A stretch of 46,788 nucleotides of DNA. Source: Candidatus Aminicenantes bacterium. GTDB taxonomy: Bacteria > Acidobacteriota > Aminicenantia > Aminicenantales > Aminicenantaceae. This document shows positions 18,982-28,319 of this stretch, in pieces. A model generated the notes under the pieces. It was not told the DNA's origin. It saw nothing but the letters and a program-made list of their open reading frames with translations, and ran no database searches. Made by a program: the position numbers and the translations under genes. Where the stretch lies: positions 1-46,788 of the forward strand of contig JASFEP010000001.1 of assembly GCA_050124775.1 (NCBI GenBank), in the 5' to 3' direction. The stretch's first letter is position 1, and every line of letters begins with the position of its first letter.

Positions 18982-19187
18982 CTGAGTTATTCATAAAAGT
19001 AGCTGACAGCTATTTTTACTAACACAATTTAATTTTTAATGTCAGCCTATTGCCTCGGAGGCGGACCGACTCACGCCAACACCTTCATTGGTGCCCATTT
19101 GATTGATCGCCCCACATCTTCATGGGTGACGGCTTCGACCTTTGTGAACGGGTGGGGTGGGTTGGCCTCGCTCCGTAAATAATCCAT
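18982..19187 (-). repeat. Copy C (full length, minus orientation) of the TIR-bounded structured repeat family
   Basis: In reverse complement it reads atggattatttacgg ... gaagccgtcacccatgaagatg ... hairpin gctgaca/tgtcagc ... cttttatgaataactcag. It is the most diverged copy. It sits between the NYN gene stop and the small membrane gene start, co-oriented with both. Confidence 0.75.
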
Positions 19188-19217
19188 CTATTCGCTGAAT
19201 TATATAAAAAGCAAAAA

Positions 19218-19748
19218 CTATGATTTTCCGCTCTGAATGAGGTAAGTCGATGTCGCTTGGTCCATGTCGATAAAATTGTCTGCGACTTCAATGAGTTTTT
19301 GTGAGCAAGATTTTCCGAAAGCCATAACTTCCACGTAGCAACCCAGGGCGTGCTTGACGTGGTTAACGAGCGGTACAAAATCACCGTCTCCGCTTACGAG
19401 AACGATGGCATCCAGCCTTGATGCGAGCTCGATCAGGTCCATCGCGATCCCGATGTCCCAGTCGCCTTTTTTGGCACCCCCAAAAAATATCTGAAGATCC
19501 TTGGCTTTGACCTCATACCCAAAATTTTTGAGTGCGTCGAAAAAGTTGGCCTCATCTTTGACATCGGCCTTGATCACATAAGCGATGGCCCGGATCAGGT
19601 TCCTTCCCTTGATGGCCTCTTTGAGAAGGGTTTTGAAATTCACTTTGGCTTTGTAGATATTTCTCGCTGAATAATACAAATTCTGGACATCGACAAAGAC
19701 TCCCACCCTTTGTTCTTTGTAAAGCCCGGCGCTGGATTTTTTTGCCAT
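19218..19748 (-). CDS. NYN-domain (LabA/DUF88, PIN-like) protein
   Basis: VGVFVDVQNLYYSARN, GDWDIGIAMD and LVSGDGDFVPLV match the acidic catalytic pattern of NYN/LabA-like domains. Confidence 0.8.
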   Translation of the reverse strand: MAKKSSAGLYKEQRVGVFVDVQNLYYSARNIYKAKVNFKTLLKEAIKGRNLIRAIAYVIKADVKDEANFFDALKNFGYEVKAKDLQIFFGGAKKGDWDIGIAMDLIELASRLDAIVLVSGDGDFVPLVNHVKHALGCYVEVMAFGKSCSQKLIEVADNFIDMDQATSTYLIQSGKS

Positions 19749-19865
19749 GGATATTTCCTACATCTTTCTCAATGTTGCAATTTTCCCTTTGCCAAAGCTT
19801 ATCAAAGTGGTGGGGAAGATGTCAAAACATCTTTTTAGAACGGGAGCATTTCCAAATGTGTTTTT

Positions 19866-20600
19866 TTAGAACCGGTATTTGACGCCGATATCGATAGCCC
19901 AAACAAGGTTTTCACCGGTGAATCCCGGAGCTGGGTTTGTGTACGACTGAAATTGATAACTCGTCGTCTCCGCCGCAGGGAGGTAAAGGATAAAAGCCCT
20001 CAGTTCGAAACCCAGCGCTGTATGGCGCAAGTAGTAGCTCATTCCTCCTCCCAATTTGAGCCCGAGGTCCACCGAGGACTTCGATTCGATTTCGACGTAC
20101 GACCCGGAAGTTGAGTTTTTTTGGATGATATTGAACCCAACGCCGGCAAAAGCGAAAGGAAACACCTTCCCCTCGGTTTTTTGGAAATTAAAGACTCCGT
20201 TGATGTAGACTGCCGTCACCTTCCATGGAAGATTGACAGGATCATGCCGGGGCTGTTCAGTGGGGTACCGAGGATTAAGGCCGATAACGAACAAATATTC
20301 CGCGTTTATCCGGCTGAATTCCGCTTGAAGTCCAAACTTCGGGGTGTAATTGTACATGATGTTAAGACCGAATTGAGAATTCACATTGGAATTCGTGTCA
20401 GCGATAACCACTCTGTATCCCTTCGGGAAGGAGGGTAAAGGATAGAGATAAACATCTCTGCTTACCTGGTTGGTCCACCGGCCGATGCCGGCGTTGATAC
20501 CCAGGATGAATTTACTAGGCTTCTTTCCGTTCGTCCACCCGGTACCGCACACTCCCAGCATAAGCGCGCACAACAGAACAAATACACCCCTTGACCGCAT
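19866..20600 (-). CDS. Outer-membrane beta-barrel protein
   Basis: Signal-like MRSRGVFVLLCALMLGVCG, beta-strand periodicity and a C-terminal ...IGVKYRF. The start is uncertain: ATGs at 20600, 20627 and 20699 all lack a clear ribosome-binding site. Confidence 0.65.
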   Translation of the reverse strand: MRSRGVFVLLCALMLGVCGTGWTNGKKPSKFILGINAGIGRWTNQVSRDVYLYPLPSFPKGYRVVIADTNSNVNSQFGLNIMYNYTPKFGLQAEFSRINAEYLFVIGLNPRYPTEQPRHDPVNLPWKVTAVYINGVFNFQKTEGKVFPFAFAGVGFNIIQKNSTSGSYVEIESKSSVDLGLKLGGGMSYYLRHTALGFELRAFILYLPAAETTSYQFQSYTNPAPGFTGENLVWAIDIGVKYRF

Positions 20601-20752
20601 ACCGACGTCAATTAGAGCAAATTGCATGCCAAAATTCAAAAGGAAAAGAATGGCCATTTTGTGAACCCAAAAGAGGACATCTGTCTTTTCCGTTGACATC
20701 GGGGATGTCCTGTGCTATCTTGCGCATCCTAAATATGTCAGGCGGGTTTTGC

Positions 20753-21799
20753 ATGCGGAAAATGCCACCGAAAAACTCCATCCAAATCCTATCACTGTTT
20801 GCAATCGTTGTTCTCGTTTTCTCTTCCTGTGCCGACCAACAGACGTTTGCCAGAGAAGACGCTCTAGCCGCCTTCTTCGACAAAAAAGAGGTGACGATCG
20901 CTGTTACAGACTCGGGATTGGGGGGCCTTTCTATCCTGGCAGATGCTGTCGAAAGGATGAAAAAGGAAAAGGTTTTCCACAAGGTGAATTTTGTGTTTTT
21001 TAACGCCCTCTTTTCGATTGAAGGGGGGTACAATAGCCTGAAAACACGCGATCAGAAAATTCATATGTTCGATAGTGCCCTTGAAAGTCTTGAAGCGAAA
21101 TACTCCCCGGACCTGATCTTGATCGGATGCAACACACTTTCGGTCCTTTACAAAAACACGTCATTTGCCACTGGCTCGATCATCCCGGTCGTAGGAATCG
21201 TGAGCGCGGGAGTCGATCTCATCGCTCAGAATTTGAAAACTCATCCGGAATCGAAGGTCATCCTTTTCGGCACCCAGACGACAATGGGCGAGGATACGTA
21301 TCCGCAGGAACTGGAAAAGAAAGGTTTTCTTACGGAAAGGATCGTCTCGCAAGCCTGCCCGGAATTAGTCTCCTATATCGAAAAAGGTTATGACAGTGAT
21401 GAAACCGAGATGCTGATTCTTGCTTACGTGGATGAAGCTCTTCAGAAGTTAGGCGATCCGGATCCCGAGCTCTATGTGAGTTTCAACTGCACTCATTATG
21501 GATATTCCCTGAATCTCTGGAAGAGAGCTTTTGAAAGTTTGGGAGTTAAACCTCGGGCCTTTCTCAACCCCAACTTCAGGATGAACGACTTTCTTTTCCA
21601 AAATCCTCACAAAGACCGTTACAAAAAAACGGAGGTCTCAGTTCGCGTAGTCTCCATGGTTGAGATCGATGATGAAAGGGTTCGATCCATTGGCAAATGG
21701 CTAGAAAAACTGTCCCCCCAAACAGAGGATGCATTGCAGGCTTATGTGCATGACTTGGAACTCTTCGAATGGAGGAGGTTCTTAAGGGGCGAAAGATAG
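20753..21799 (+). CDS. Asp/Glu racemase-family (glutamate racemase-like) protein with a predicted lipoprotein signal
   Basis: AVTDSGLGGLSIL, LIGCNTLS and SFNCTHYG correspond to the MurI-type DSGxGGL block and the two catalytic-Cys motifs. The N-terminus MRKMPPKNSIQILSLFAIVVLVFSSC fits a lipobox. The track start at 20591 is TTG, and the exact start (20735, 20753 or 20762) is uncertain. Confidence 0.65.
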   Translation: MRKMPPKNSIQILSLFAIVVLVFSSCADQQTFAREDALAAFFDKKEVTIAVTDSGLGGLSILADAVERMKKEKVFHKVNFVFFNALFSIEGGYNSLKTRDQKIHMFDSALESLEAKYSPDLILIGCNTLSVLYKNTSFATGSIIPVVGIVSAGVDLIAQNLKTHPESKVILFGTQTTMGEDTYPQELEKKGFLTERIVSQACPELVSYIEKGYDSDETEMLILAYVDEALQKLGDPDPELYVSFNCTHYGYSLNLWKRAFESLGVKPRAFLNPNFRMNDFLFQNPHKDRYKKTEVSVRVVSMVEIDDERVRSIGKWLEKLSPQTEDALQAYVHDLELFEWRRFLRGER

Positions 21800-21808
21800 A
21801 GAAATCCG

Positions 21809-22813
21809 TCAGTCGAGGATCACTCCTTCATCTTTTCCTTCGATCACATCGCCGATTGCCCATGCTTTGATTCCCGTCTCATCCAATCGCTGAAGAGCCC
21901 GGGTGACACTCCTGGGATTGAGGATCGCCACCATGCCCACTCCCATGTTGAATGTTCGGAACATCTCACGATCATCGATATGGCCTTGACTCTGAATCTT
22001 TCTGAAAACGGATGGCACACGCCAGGTCCCCTTTTTTATGCGGACCGAAAGATGGGAGGGCAGTATCCTGGGAATATTTTCGAAAAATCCTCCCCCCGTT
22101 ATGTGGGCAATACCCTTAACATTGATATGCTTGAAGAGATGGAGAAGAGGCTTCACATAGATCCGCGTGGGCTTCAGAAGTTCTCTGCCCAAAGGGCCTT
22201 TCAGCTCCTTTTCATTGAAGACCTTGCGAACGAGAGAGAACCCATTGCTGTGAACACCGCTGGAGGCAAGGCCCAGGACTTTGTCTCCTCTTCGACAAGT
22301 TCTCCCGTCGACGATCTTTGTCCGGCTTACAATGCCCACACAAAATCCGGCAAGATCGAACTTGTCTTTTGCATACATCCCCGGCAGTTCCGCCGTCTCT
22401 CCGCCGATAAGAGCGCATCCGCTCTGTCGGCAGCCCTTGACGATGCCCTTCATCACCTCATACAGTCTTTCTCTGTCCAACCGGCCACAGGCAATGTAAT
22501 CCAAAAAAAACAGGGGCTCAGCACCTGTCACAACAACGTCATTCGCGCACATAGCCACCAGATCGATTCCGATGGTGTCGTGCTTGCGCTGGAGGTCAGC
22601 CAACAAAAGCTTCGTTCCCACTCCATCAGTCGCGGATACCAAGACAGGATCCTTGATCCTTCGGAGCCTGGGCTGGAAGAGGCCGCTGAATCCGCCGACT
22701 TTTCCCAAGACCTCCGCTCTTGAGGTTTTCTTCAGGAGGGGTTTGATCTTTTCCACAAAAGCGTCCGCCTCGTCGATATCGACGCCGGCTTTTTTATATG
22801 TCAATGTTGTCAT
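21809..22813 (-). CDS. purM: Phosphoribosylformylglycinamidine cyclo-ligase (AIR synthetase)
   Basis: MTTLTYKKAGVDIDEAD..., SATDGVGTKL, GGETAELPG and SSGVHSNGFSL are characteristic PurM blocks. The first ATG at 22813 is used because the track start is TTG. Confidence 0.9.
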   Translation of the reverse strand: MTTLTYKKAGVDIDEADAFVEKIKPLLKKTSRAEVLGKVGGFSGLFQPRLRRIKDPVLVSATDGVGTKLLLADLQRKHDTIGIDLVAMCANDVVVTGAEPLFFLDYIACGRLDRERLYEVMKGIVKGCRQSGCALIGGETAELPGMYAKDKFDLAGFCVGIVSRTKIVDGRTCRRGDKVLGLASSGVHSNGFSLVRKVFNEKELKGPLGRELLKPTRIYVKPLLHLFKHINVKGIAHITGGGFFENIPRILPSHLSVRIKKGTWRVPSVFRKIQSQGHIDDREMFRTFNMGVGMVAILNPRSVTRALQRLDETGIKAWAIGDVIEGKDEGVILD

Positions 22814-23077
22814 AGCGGCTGTATTATGTGTTTTATAACACCCCTTCTTCACCAAGTCAACGAAGAGGAACCCCTCCAAAGAAGGTTCATCCCCCGCTCG
22901 GCTTTTCTTTCGCTCCCCACGATCGAAAAATCTTGCACCGATTGTTAAGGTTTTTTACATATATGCCTATTTTTGGAAGACTTGTCGGCTTCCGATTCAG
23001 TATCAATGCCTTATGATAAAGAATTTATCACTGAATCCATTGTGGCATATTTATTGCAAATGTATAATATTAAGGTG

Positions 23078-25342
23078 ATGGATAATTTCGCTCGTGCACT
23101 CCTAAGAAAAGTGACCGTTGCCCTCTTGGCGTCTGCGACTGCGCTGACCCTTTACTTCTACGGATATCAAGAACAAAAGGAGCTTCTTCCTCAGGAAAAA
23201 TATGAAGTCAAGGTCCGCCTTATCCTGGTCGATGTGATCGTCACCAAGGACGGCGAATTCGTGAAGGACCTCTCCAAAGAGGATTTCGAGCTCTATGAAG
23301 ACGGCCGGAGAGTGCCCATCAACTCCTTCGAGCTCATAAGCTTCGACCAGAGGGAATTGAACGTCCCCGAGGACATGAGCCCGCAAGACCGGTCCAAAAC
23401 TCCCAAAAAGAGGCTGGCTGTCGTCTTCGACAGCATCACCTCTTGGAAGAGGGAGATGAAACACGGCAGCACCCAGATCGTTGACGACCTTGTGTCTATC
23501 GTTAAACTCGGTCATGAGGTCATGATCCTGCAGCTCAATCCCGTAAAGGGGATCGAGATCATCCAACCCTTCACCACGAACGAGGACCTCATAAGGAATT
23601 CCGTCGAGAGGGCCTCAGGAAGCATCTGGAAACTGGAAACTCAGATCGAATCATCCCGCGTCGAAGAAACAGAGACTGAACTAGAAACCCAGGCACAGCC
23701 CGAAGCAGTGACCACGCCCAGTGAACGCACAGAGATCGAACAAGCTCTAGCCAGCACGTTCTTCGAAGATATGCAACGGATCGATTTTATACACAGAGAG
23801 AGACTGAGGTTTGAAAAAACTGTGGGAGGACTGCTAGCCGCATTCAACTTGATGAGAGGTTTCCCCGGAAGAAAATACATCCTCCTCGTGAGCGCGGGCA
23901 TCCCGGACCTCTCGCCTCCGGATATGTTTCCCAATATCCGGAGCGGAATACCGGGTGAAGAGATCGACCGCGCTTACATCAACAAAATCTGGGGCAAGAT
24001 GGAAGACATCCGGGTTTTCGATCCGTTCAACATCCTGGATAAAAACAACTTCAAAAACGGCGAGGAAGTGCTCCGGGAGATCATCGAATTCGCCAATGCT
24101 CAAAATATCTCCATTTATTCCTTCGACAGCAGCATTTTCGTAAAAAACATCTTTTCCGGAGCTTCAGCCGAACATTACCAGCAGAATGAAATGGATCATT
24201 TCAGGTTCCGCCAGGGAGACAAACTCAGAAAAATCCAGAACCTCCGGTGGCTATCCGAGGATACTGGGGCGGATTCATTGCGTGGTGCGAACAAACTGAC
24301 TGAATTCCAGAAGGTCATGGATACAGACTTGAATTATTATTACCAGCTGAGTTTTTATCCCCGCAGGGATGAAGCGGACGACCACTATCACGAAATCAAG
24401 GTCAAAGTGAAGCGGGATGGCGTGGACACCCGTTTCAGAAAGGGATATACCGACTACTCGGACAATGAGATGGACAAGATGGTCCTGGTGACCGCTTTTT
24501 ACAATCCCGAACTCTTCAAAGAGCTGCCTTTCGAGGGTGTACTTGTTCCCTTCGTTTCCGAATCCGGGAAATACGAGCCCTGGATGAATATCGCACTCCC
24601 CGTAAAGGAGATCATCGAGGACAGGTTTGTGGAGTATGCCCCAAAAGTTTTTCATCTCCACATCTGGCTGAAGGACAGAACCAGTGGAGAAAAAGGCTTT
24701 GGCGGCAAGATCAACATCGGCTTGAATTTGAGCCCCAAGTTCATGGAATTCATCCAAAATATCGATTACCTCAGCTATCATTTCAAGGGGCCGGAGATCG
24801 AATTCCGGAACAAGGAATACCAGAGTGTGTTCGCTCTCTTCGACCCTCAAACGAGCGAGATCGGCACCTGGGATACCCACGTTCGTTTTCCCGCCATCGA
24901 AGAGATAGATGAACACGTTATCATAAACTGCGTTCTTGGTGACCTGACGGAAAATCCAGAAAAAGAAAAAAAGAGATTTCTCCTATCCAAAAAAGATGGA
25001 GGGCTGATCTGCGGCGAGCACAAATTCTATCCCAAAGTGACCAACCAATTCGATAGATGGGGTGAAGCTTCCGTCTTTGTGCAGGCCCACTTCCCCGAGG
25101 GAAAAAAGAGCCTTCAACCCGAATTCTACTCCAGGAACACAGAGATGCGTGTCAATCCCATAGAGGGAGAGCTGGTGGTCGATTCATGGAACACAAAGAC
25201 CAAGATCTGGAGCGGCCTCTACAAACTCGATTTCAGCCCCTGTTCTCTCGGCGACAATTCGCTTTTCGTTGAATTTTCTGGGTCCGATGTTGGGTCTGAG
25301 CTTTATTTGAGTAGGGAACTCAAGATGTCCATCATCCGCTGA
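23078..25342 (+). CDS. Large secreted or anchored VWA-domain protein with an N-terminal 'VWFA-related acidobacterial' type domain
   Basis: VKVRLILVDVIVTKDGEFVKDLSKEDFELYEDGRRVPINSFEL resembles the TIGR03436-type N-domain, followed by a VWA-like RLAVVFDSITS... block. ATG-23078 has AAGGTG upstream and is followed by a TM/signal segment. The track start is TTG. Confidence 0.65.
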   Translation: MDNFARALLRKVTVALLASATALTLYFYGYQEQKELLPQEKYEVKVRLILVDVIVTKDGEFVKDLSKEDFELYEDGRRVPINSFELISFDQRELNVPEDMSPQDRSKTPKKRLAVVFDSITSWKREMKHGSTQIVDDLVSIVKLGHEVMILQLNPVKGIEIIQPFTTNEDLIRNSVERASGSIWKLETQIESSRVEETETELETQAQPEAVTTPSERTEIEQALASTFFEDMQRIDFIHRERLRFEKTVGGLLAAFNLMRGFPGRKYILLVSAGIPDLSPPDMFPNIRSGIPGEEIDRAYINKIWGKMEDIRVFDPFNILDKNNFKNGEEVLREIIEFANAQNISIYSFDSSIFVKNIFSGASAEHYQQNEMDHFRFRQGDKLRKIQNLRWLSEDTGADSLRGANKLTEFQKVMDTDLNYYYQLSFYPRRDEADDHYHEIKVKVKRDGVDTRFRKGYTDYSDNEMDKMVLVTAFYNPELFKELPFEGVLVPFVSESGKYEPWMNIALPVKEIIEDRFVEYAPKVFHLHIWLKDRTSGEKGFGGKINIGLNLSPKFMEFIQNIDYLSYHFKGPEIEFRNKEYQSVFALFDPQTSEIGTWDTHVRFPAIEEIDEHVIINCVLGDLTENPEKEKKRFLLSKKDGGLICGEHKFYPKVTNQFDRWGEASVFVQAHFPEGKKSLQPEFYSRNTEMRVNPIEGELVVDSWNTKTKIWSGLYKLDFSPCSLGDNSLFVEFSGSDVGSELYLSRELKMSIIR

Positions 25343-25534
25343 GATGATTTATTTGTAAAAACCGTCGATACCATCTATTAATACACTTATCGTTTTAATA
25401 ACTATCGGCATTTTTTACCTAAAGGCGAGTCGATCTCACCACAAAGCTTTCGTTGCAACTCACTCGCGGTAGTCCGCTACAGCTTCATGAGCCACTTCCT
25501 CACCGCTACTGCAACCTTGGTCCGAGAATAATCC
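25339..25534 (-). repeat. Copy D (minus orientation) of the TIR-bounded structured repeat family
   Basis: In reverse complement it reads ggattattctcgg...ggtgaggaagtggctcatgaagctg...acgaaagctttgtggtgagatcgactcgcc...hairpin ccgata/tatcg(a)cgg...tttttacaaataaatcatctcag. Its last 4 nt (tcag) are the complement of cTGA, which includes the stop of the convergent VWA gene (25340-25342). Confidence 0.8.
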
Positions 25535-25558
25535 TTTTTTTTATCTAACTGAGGTGGA

Positions 25559-26713
25559 CTATTCGTAAAACCTGCCATAAATGGATTTGATTTTGCCGGG
25601 AGCGATTTTTTTGGAGCGGATCATCCGCACAAGAAAATCCCGGAACGTCTCTCCCTTTGCGTTAAAACACTCCTCTTTCATCACGCTGTAGAGCGCCACG
25701 GCAAACACGTGCATCCCCCCATCGGCCTCTTTCCAGCGCCTGTGCGGGTCCTTCGCGATTCCCAAGCGTTCATTGATCAGCTGGTCTAGAGCCTGCACGC
25801 AATCCTCCTCGATAAAACCTTCGAAGGTGTTGTAACCAAGGGCGGGATCATGATTCCGGATCCTGTCCATCAAGAAATCGTCGTTCTCGAAAAGCGACAG
25901 CGCTGCCCTGAGCTCCTCATCCCTGGCCAGATCAAACGGAGGATGCATCATCTCGTGCACGGCGTTTCGCAGAACGATCGCAAAAGGCCAATCCACATGG
26001 GTCAGAAACCGTGTCCCCGTGACTTTTAATCCGTGAGGTTTCGTGAAATAAAGCAAGTACACGGTGATCCTGTGCGAAGGGAGCTTCACTCCCAGATGGG
26101 CTTCCACTTCAGCGACGACATTGTACTTCGGCAACTCTTTGTGGATTTTTTTGCTTCGCTCTGCGGCTTTGGGAACGACATACTTCCTCCAGTAGGCCTC
26201 GAACTGAATGCCCTTCAGAAACTTGAAGACCGTCTTCAGGTCTTCCCGAACGGATTCATACAGTTGCCATCCTTCATCACTGTAGTAGGGGGTTTCCTTA
26301 AGGTTTTTCTGCATGTTTTCGCTGTTTTCAAGAGCCGCCAACAATCCATCCAGAGTATCTCCCTCTGCAGCAGAAAAATAGAGAGAAAGAAATGCAGACG
26401 GGATAAGGCGATTTTTTTCCTTGATAGCTCGCTGCAGATGAGCCAGAGCCTCTTCCACAGGCACTGTGAGCTGCTTTGCAAACGCATCATATTCCCTCTG
26501 ATAATGCTTCAGATAGAAGGGATCCCCCATCAATGTATTTATGAGGCAGATCGCATCATATTTCAGGGACGGCTCGATCTTCCAATCCGTCAGATAGTGC
26601 ATCCTTACCTCTTGTTGAGATAAGCCGATATGAGGGGCCGTCTGGATAACCAAAATTAATATCCCAACTAAAACTATTGGAGGAGGAGGAAAAGTCCTTC
26701 TGAAAACCTTCAT
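25559..26713 (-). CDS. Hypothetical secreted protein with an HExxH motif (possible zinc metallopeptidase)
   Basis: Signal/TM segment PPPIVLVGILILVIQTAPHIGLS and a single HEMMH motif (LRNAVHEMMHPPF). No family recognised. Confidence 0.45.
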   Translation of the reverse strand: MKVFRRTFPPPPIVLVGILILVIQTAPHIGLSQQEVRMHYLTDWKIEPSLKYDAICLINTLMGDPFYLKHYQREYDAFAKQLTVPVEEALAHLQRAIKEKNRLIPSAFLSLYFSAAEGDTLDGLLAALENSENMQKNLKETPYYSDEGWQLYESVREDLKTVFKFLKGIQFEAYWRKYVVPKAAERSKKIHKELPKYNVVAEVEAHLGVKLPSHRITVYLLYFTKPHGLKVTGTRFLTHVDWPFAIVLRNAVHEMMHPPFDLARDEELRAALSLFENDDFLMDRIRNHDPALGYNTFEGFIEEDCVQALDQLINERLGIAKDPHRRWKEADGGMHVFAVALYSVMKEECFNAKGETFRDFLVRMIRSKKIAPGKIKSIYGRFYE

Positions 26714-26906
26714 CGTTTCTCGAATGAAAACAGGAATACTTTTTTATTATAGACAAATTTATTATAGATGAATCGGCCTGATTTTCCCAAACACAATTCC
26801 TCCAGAGGATGCATTTCCAAAACTGCGATGACCGGGGATAACGGTGCCTCGATAGAAAATTTGCCCGATATAGTGTAACCTTTTTACAAATAACAAGTCT
26901 TTATAG

Positions 26907-27494
26907 ATGACACACGAGATGTCGAAACAACGATTGGTGTATGCAATGACAGATAATTCTTTGATGGAAGAGGTCAAAGACGGAAAGGTCGAAAAGCTGG
27001 CCGTGCTTTTCGAGAAATACCATGTCCAGCTTTTCAACTTTTTTCTCCGATTGACCGGAAACAGAGGCGCCAGCGAAGATTTGGTGCAGGACGTTTTTCT
27101 TCGTATCCTCAAATACCGGGTCACCTACAGAGGGCAGAGCAAATTTACTGTTTGGATGTACCAGATCGCACGAAACGCACATATCGATCATCTGAGAAAA
27201 GCCAAAGGGGAATACTCCCTGGACAACCAGTGGGATGAGGCTGTGGAGACCGATCCGTCCCCTTTGGACCGGTTGGAGCGAGGGCAAGATGTCGAACTGA
27301 TCCAGCAAGCACTCTCCCGCCTACCCCTCAGGAAAAGAGAGGTTCTGGTCCTCAGCCGGTATCAGGATATGAAGTACAAGGATATTGCCGAGTTGTTCGG
27401 GTGCCAGATCGGTACGGTTAAGGCGAATGTGCACCGCGCCATCAAAGATTTGGGAAAGATTTACTATGAACTTTCAGGAGGAACGGTCTCATGA
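26907..27494 (+). CDS. ECF-type RNA polymerase sigma-70 family factor
   Basis: Region 2 (ASEDLVQDVFLRILKY..., FTVWMYQIARN) and region 4 (LPLRKREVLVLSRYQDMKYKDIAELFGCQIGTVKANVHRA). The start could instead be ATG-26919 or ATG-26946. Confidence 0.85.
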   Translation: MTHEMSKQRLVYAMTDNSLMEEVKDGKVEKLAVLFEKYHVQLFNFFLRLTGNRGASEDLVQDVFLRILKYRVTYRGQSKFTVWMYQIARNAHIDHLRKAKGEYSLDNQWDEAVETDPSPLDRLERGQDVELIQQALSRLPLRKREVLVLSRYQDMKYKDIAELFGCQIGTVKANVHRAIKDLGKIYYELSGGTVS

Positions 27495-28309
27495 CTTGCC
27501 AAAACATAAAGGAATTGTTCCCGGAATTTCTGACCGGTGAACTGGACAAAGAAACGCAGGAACGGGTTCAGACCCATCTGGTATCCTGCAATTCTTGCAG
27601 AGAGGAGCTGGAAAATCTGAGCGCCATCTGGACAAAACTGGGGGTTATCCCCGAAGAACAGCCCAGTGGCGAAGTGAGAACGCGTTTTTACACGATGCTC
27701 GAAGCGTACAAACAGGGAATGGGCGAGGACAGACAAAGGTCCAGTCTGAAAAAGAAAATCAGCGATTCGTTCGATTCTGTATGGCCCAAACGCCCGGCTT
27801 TCCAGTTTTCAATGGCGCTTGTCTTCCTGGTCGTTGGCCTGGCTGCGGGTATATTTTTGAGCTCCCAGGGACAGAACGGCAATCAATTGGCCCGGCTTCA
27901 GGACGAAGTCCAGGATATGCAGCAGACACTGGCGATCTCCCTTCTCGAACGGCCCTCAGCCAGCGAGAGGCTCCAGGGAGTAAACATCAGTGCGCGTATG
28001 GATAATCCCAACTCCAGAACCCTGGAGGCCCTGCTTTACACGCTGGATAACGACAACAATGTCAATGTGCGGCTGGCAGCTGTGGATGCGCTCTATCTTT
28101 TCTATGACAACCCTAGAGTCAGGGAAGGACTTCTACAATCCCTTCAGAATCAGCCATCGCCCCTTATCCAAGTCGCGCTCATCGACCTCATCGTGAACAT
28201 GCGGGAGAGACAGGCTGTGGACGCGCTCAGGTCGCTGATCGAAGATGAAAGGCTCAATCCCGATGTGAAGGAGTACGCTGAGCGAGGGCTACAGCAGCTC
28301 AGTTTTTGA
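27491..28309 (+). CDS. Anti-sigma factor (zf-HC2), single TM, extracytoplasmic HEAT-repeat domain
   Basis: HLVSCNSCREELE (H-x3-C-x2-C), TM segment FSMALVFLVVGLAAGIFL, and a C-terminal NVNVRLAAVDALY.../PLIQVALIDLI... repeat region. ATGA overlap with the sigma gene. Confidence 0.8.
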   Translation: MTCQNIKELFPEFLTGELDKETQERVQTHLVSCNSCREELENLSAIWTKLGVIPEEQPSGEVRTRFYTMLEAYKQGMGEDRQRSSLKKKISDSFDSVWPKRPAFQFSMALVFLVVGLAAGIFLSSQGQNGNQLARLQDEVQDMQQTLAISLLERPSASERLQGVNISARMDNPNSRTLEALLYTLDNDNNVNVRLAAVDALYLFYDNPRVREGLLQSLQNQPSPLIQVALIDLIVNMRERQAVDALRSLIEDERLNPDVKEYAERGLQQLSF

Positions 28310-28319
28310 GGAGGATCTC

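Noticed and set aside
19815-19836. A hairpin aagatgt-caaa-acatctt followed by TTT lies between the OMP gene stop and the NYN gene start.
   Set aside because: The T-run is on the plus strand, where no gene ends. On the minus strand, the direction of both flanking genes, no U-tract follows the stem. It is not convincing as a terminator.
26874-26903. A possible ECF-type autoregulatory promoter (GTAACC, ~17-nt spacer, TCTTTA) lies upstream of the sigma-factor gene.
   Set aside because: The putative -10 ends 3 nt before ATG-26907. The transcript would therefore start inside the ORF unless a downstream ATG (26919 or 26946) is the real start. The match to ECF consensus motifs is too loose to support without data.
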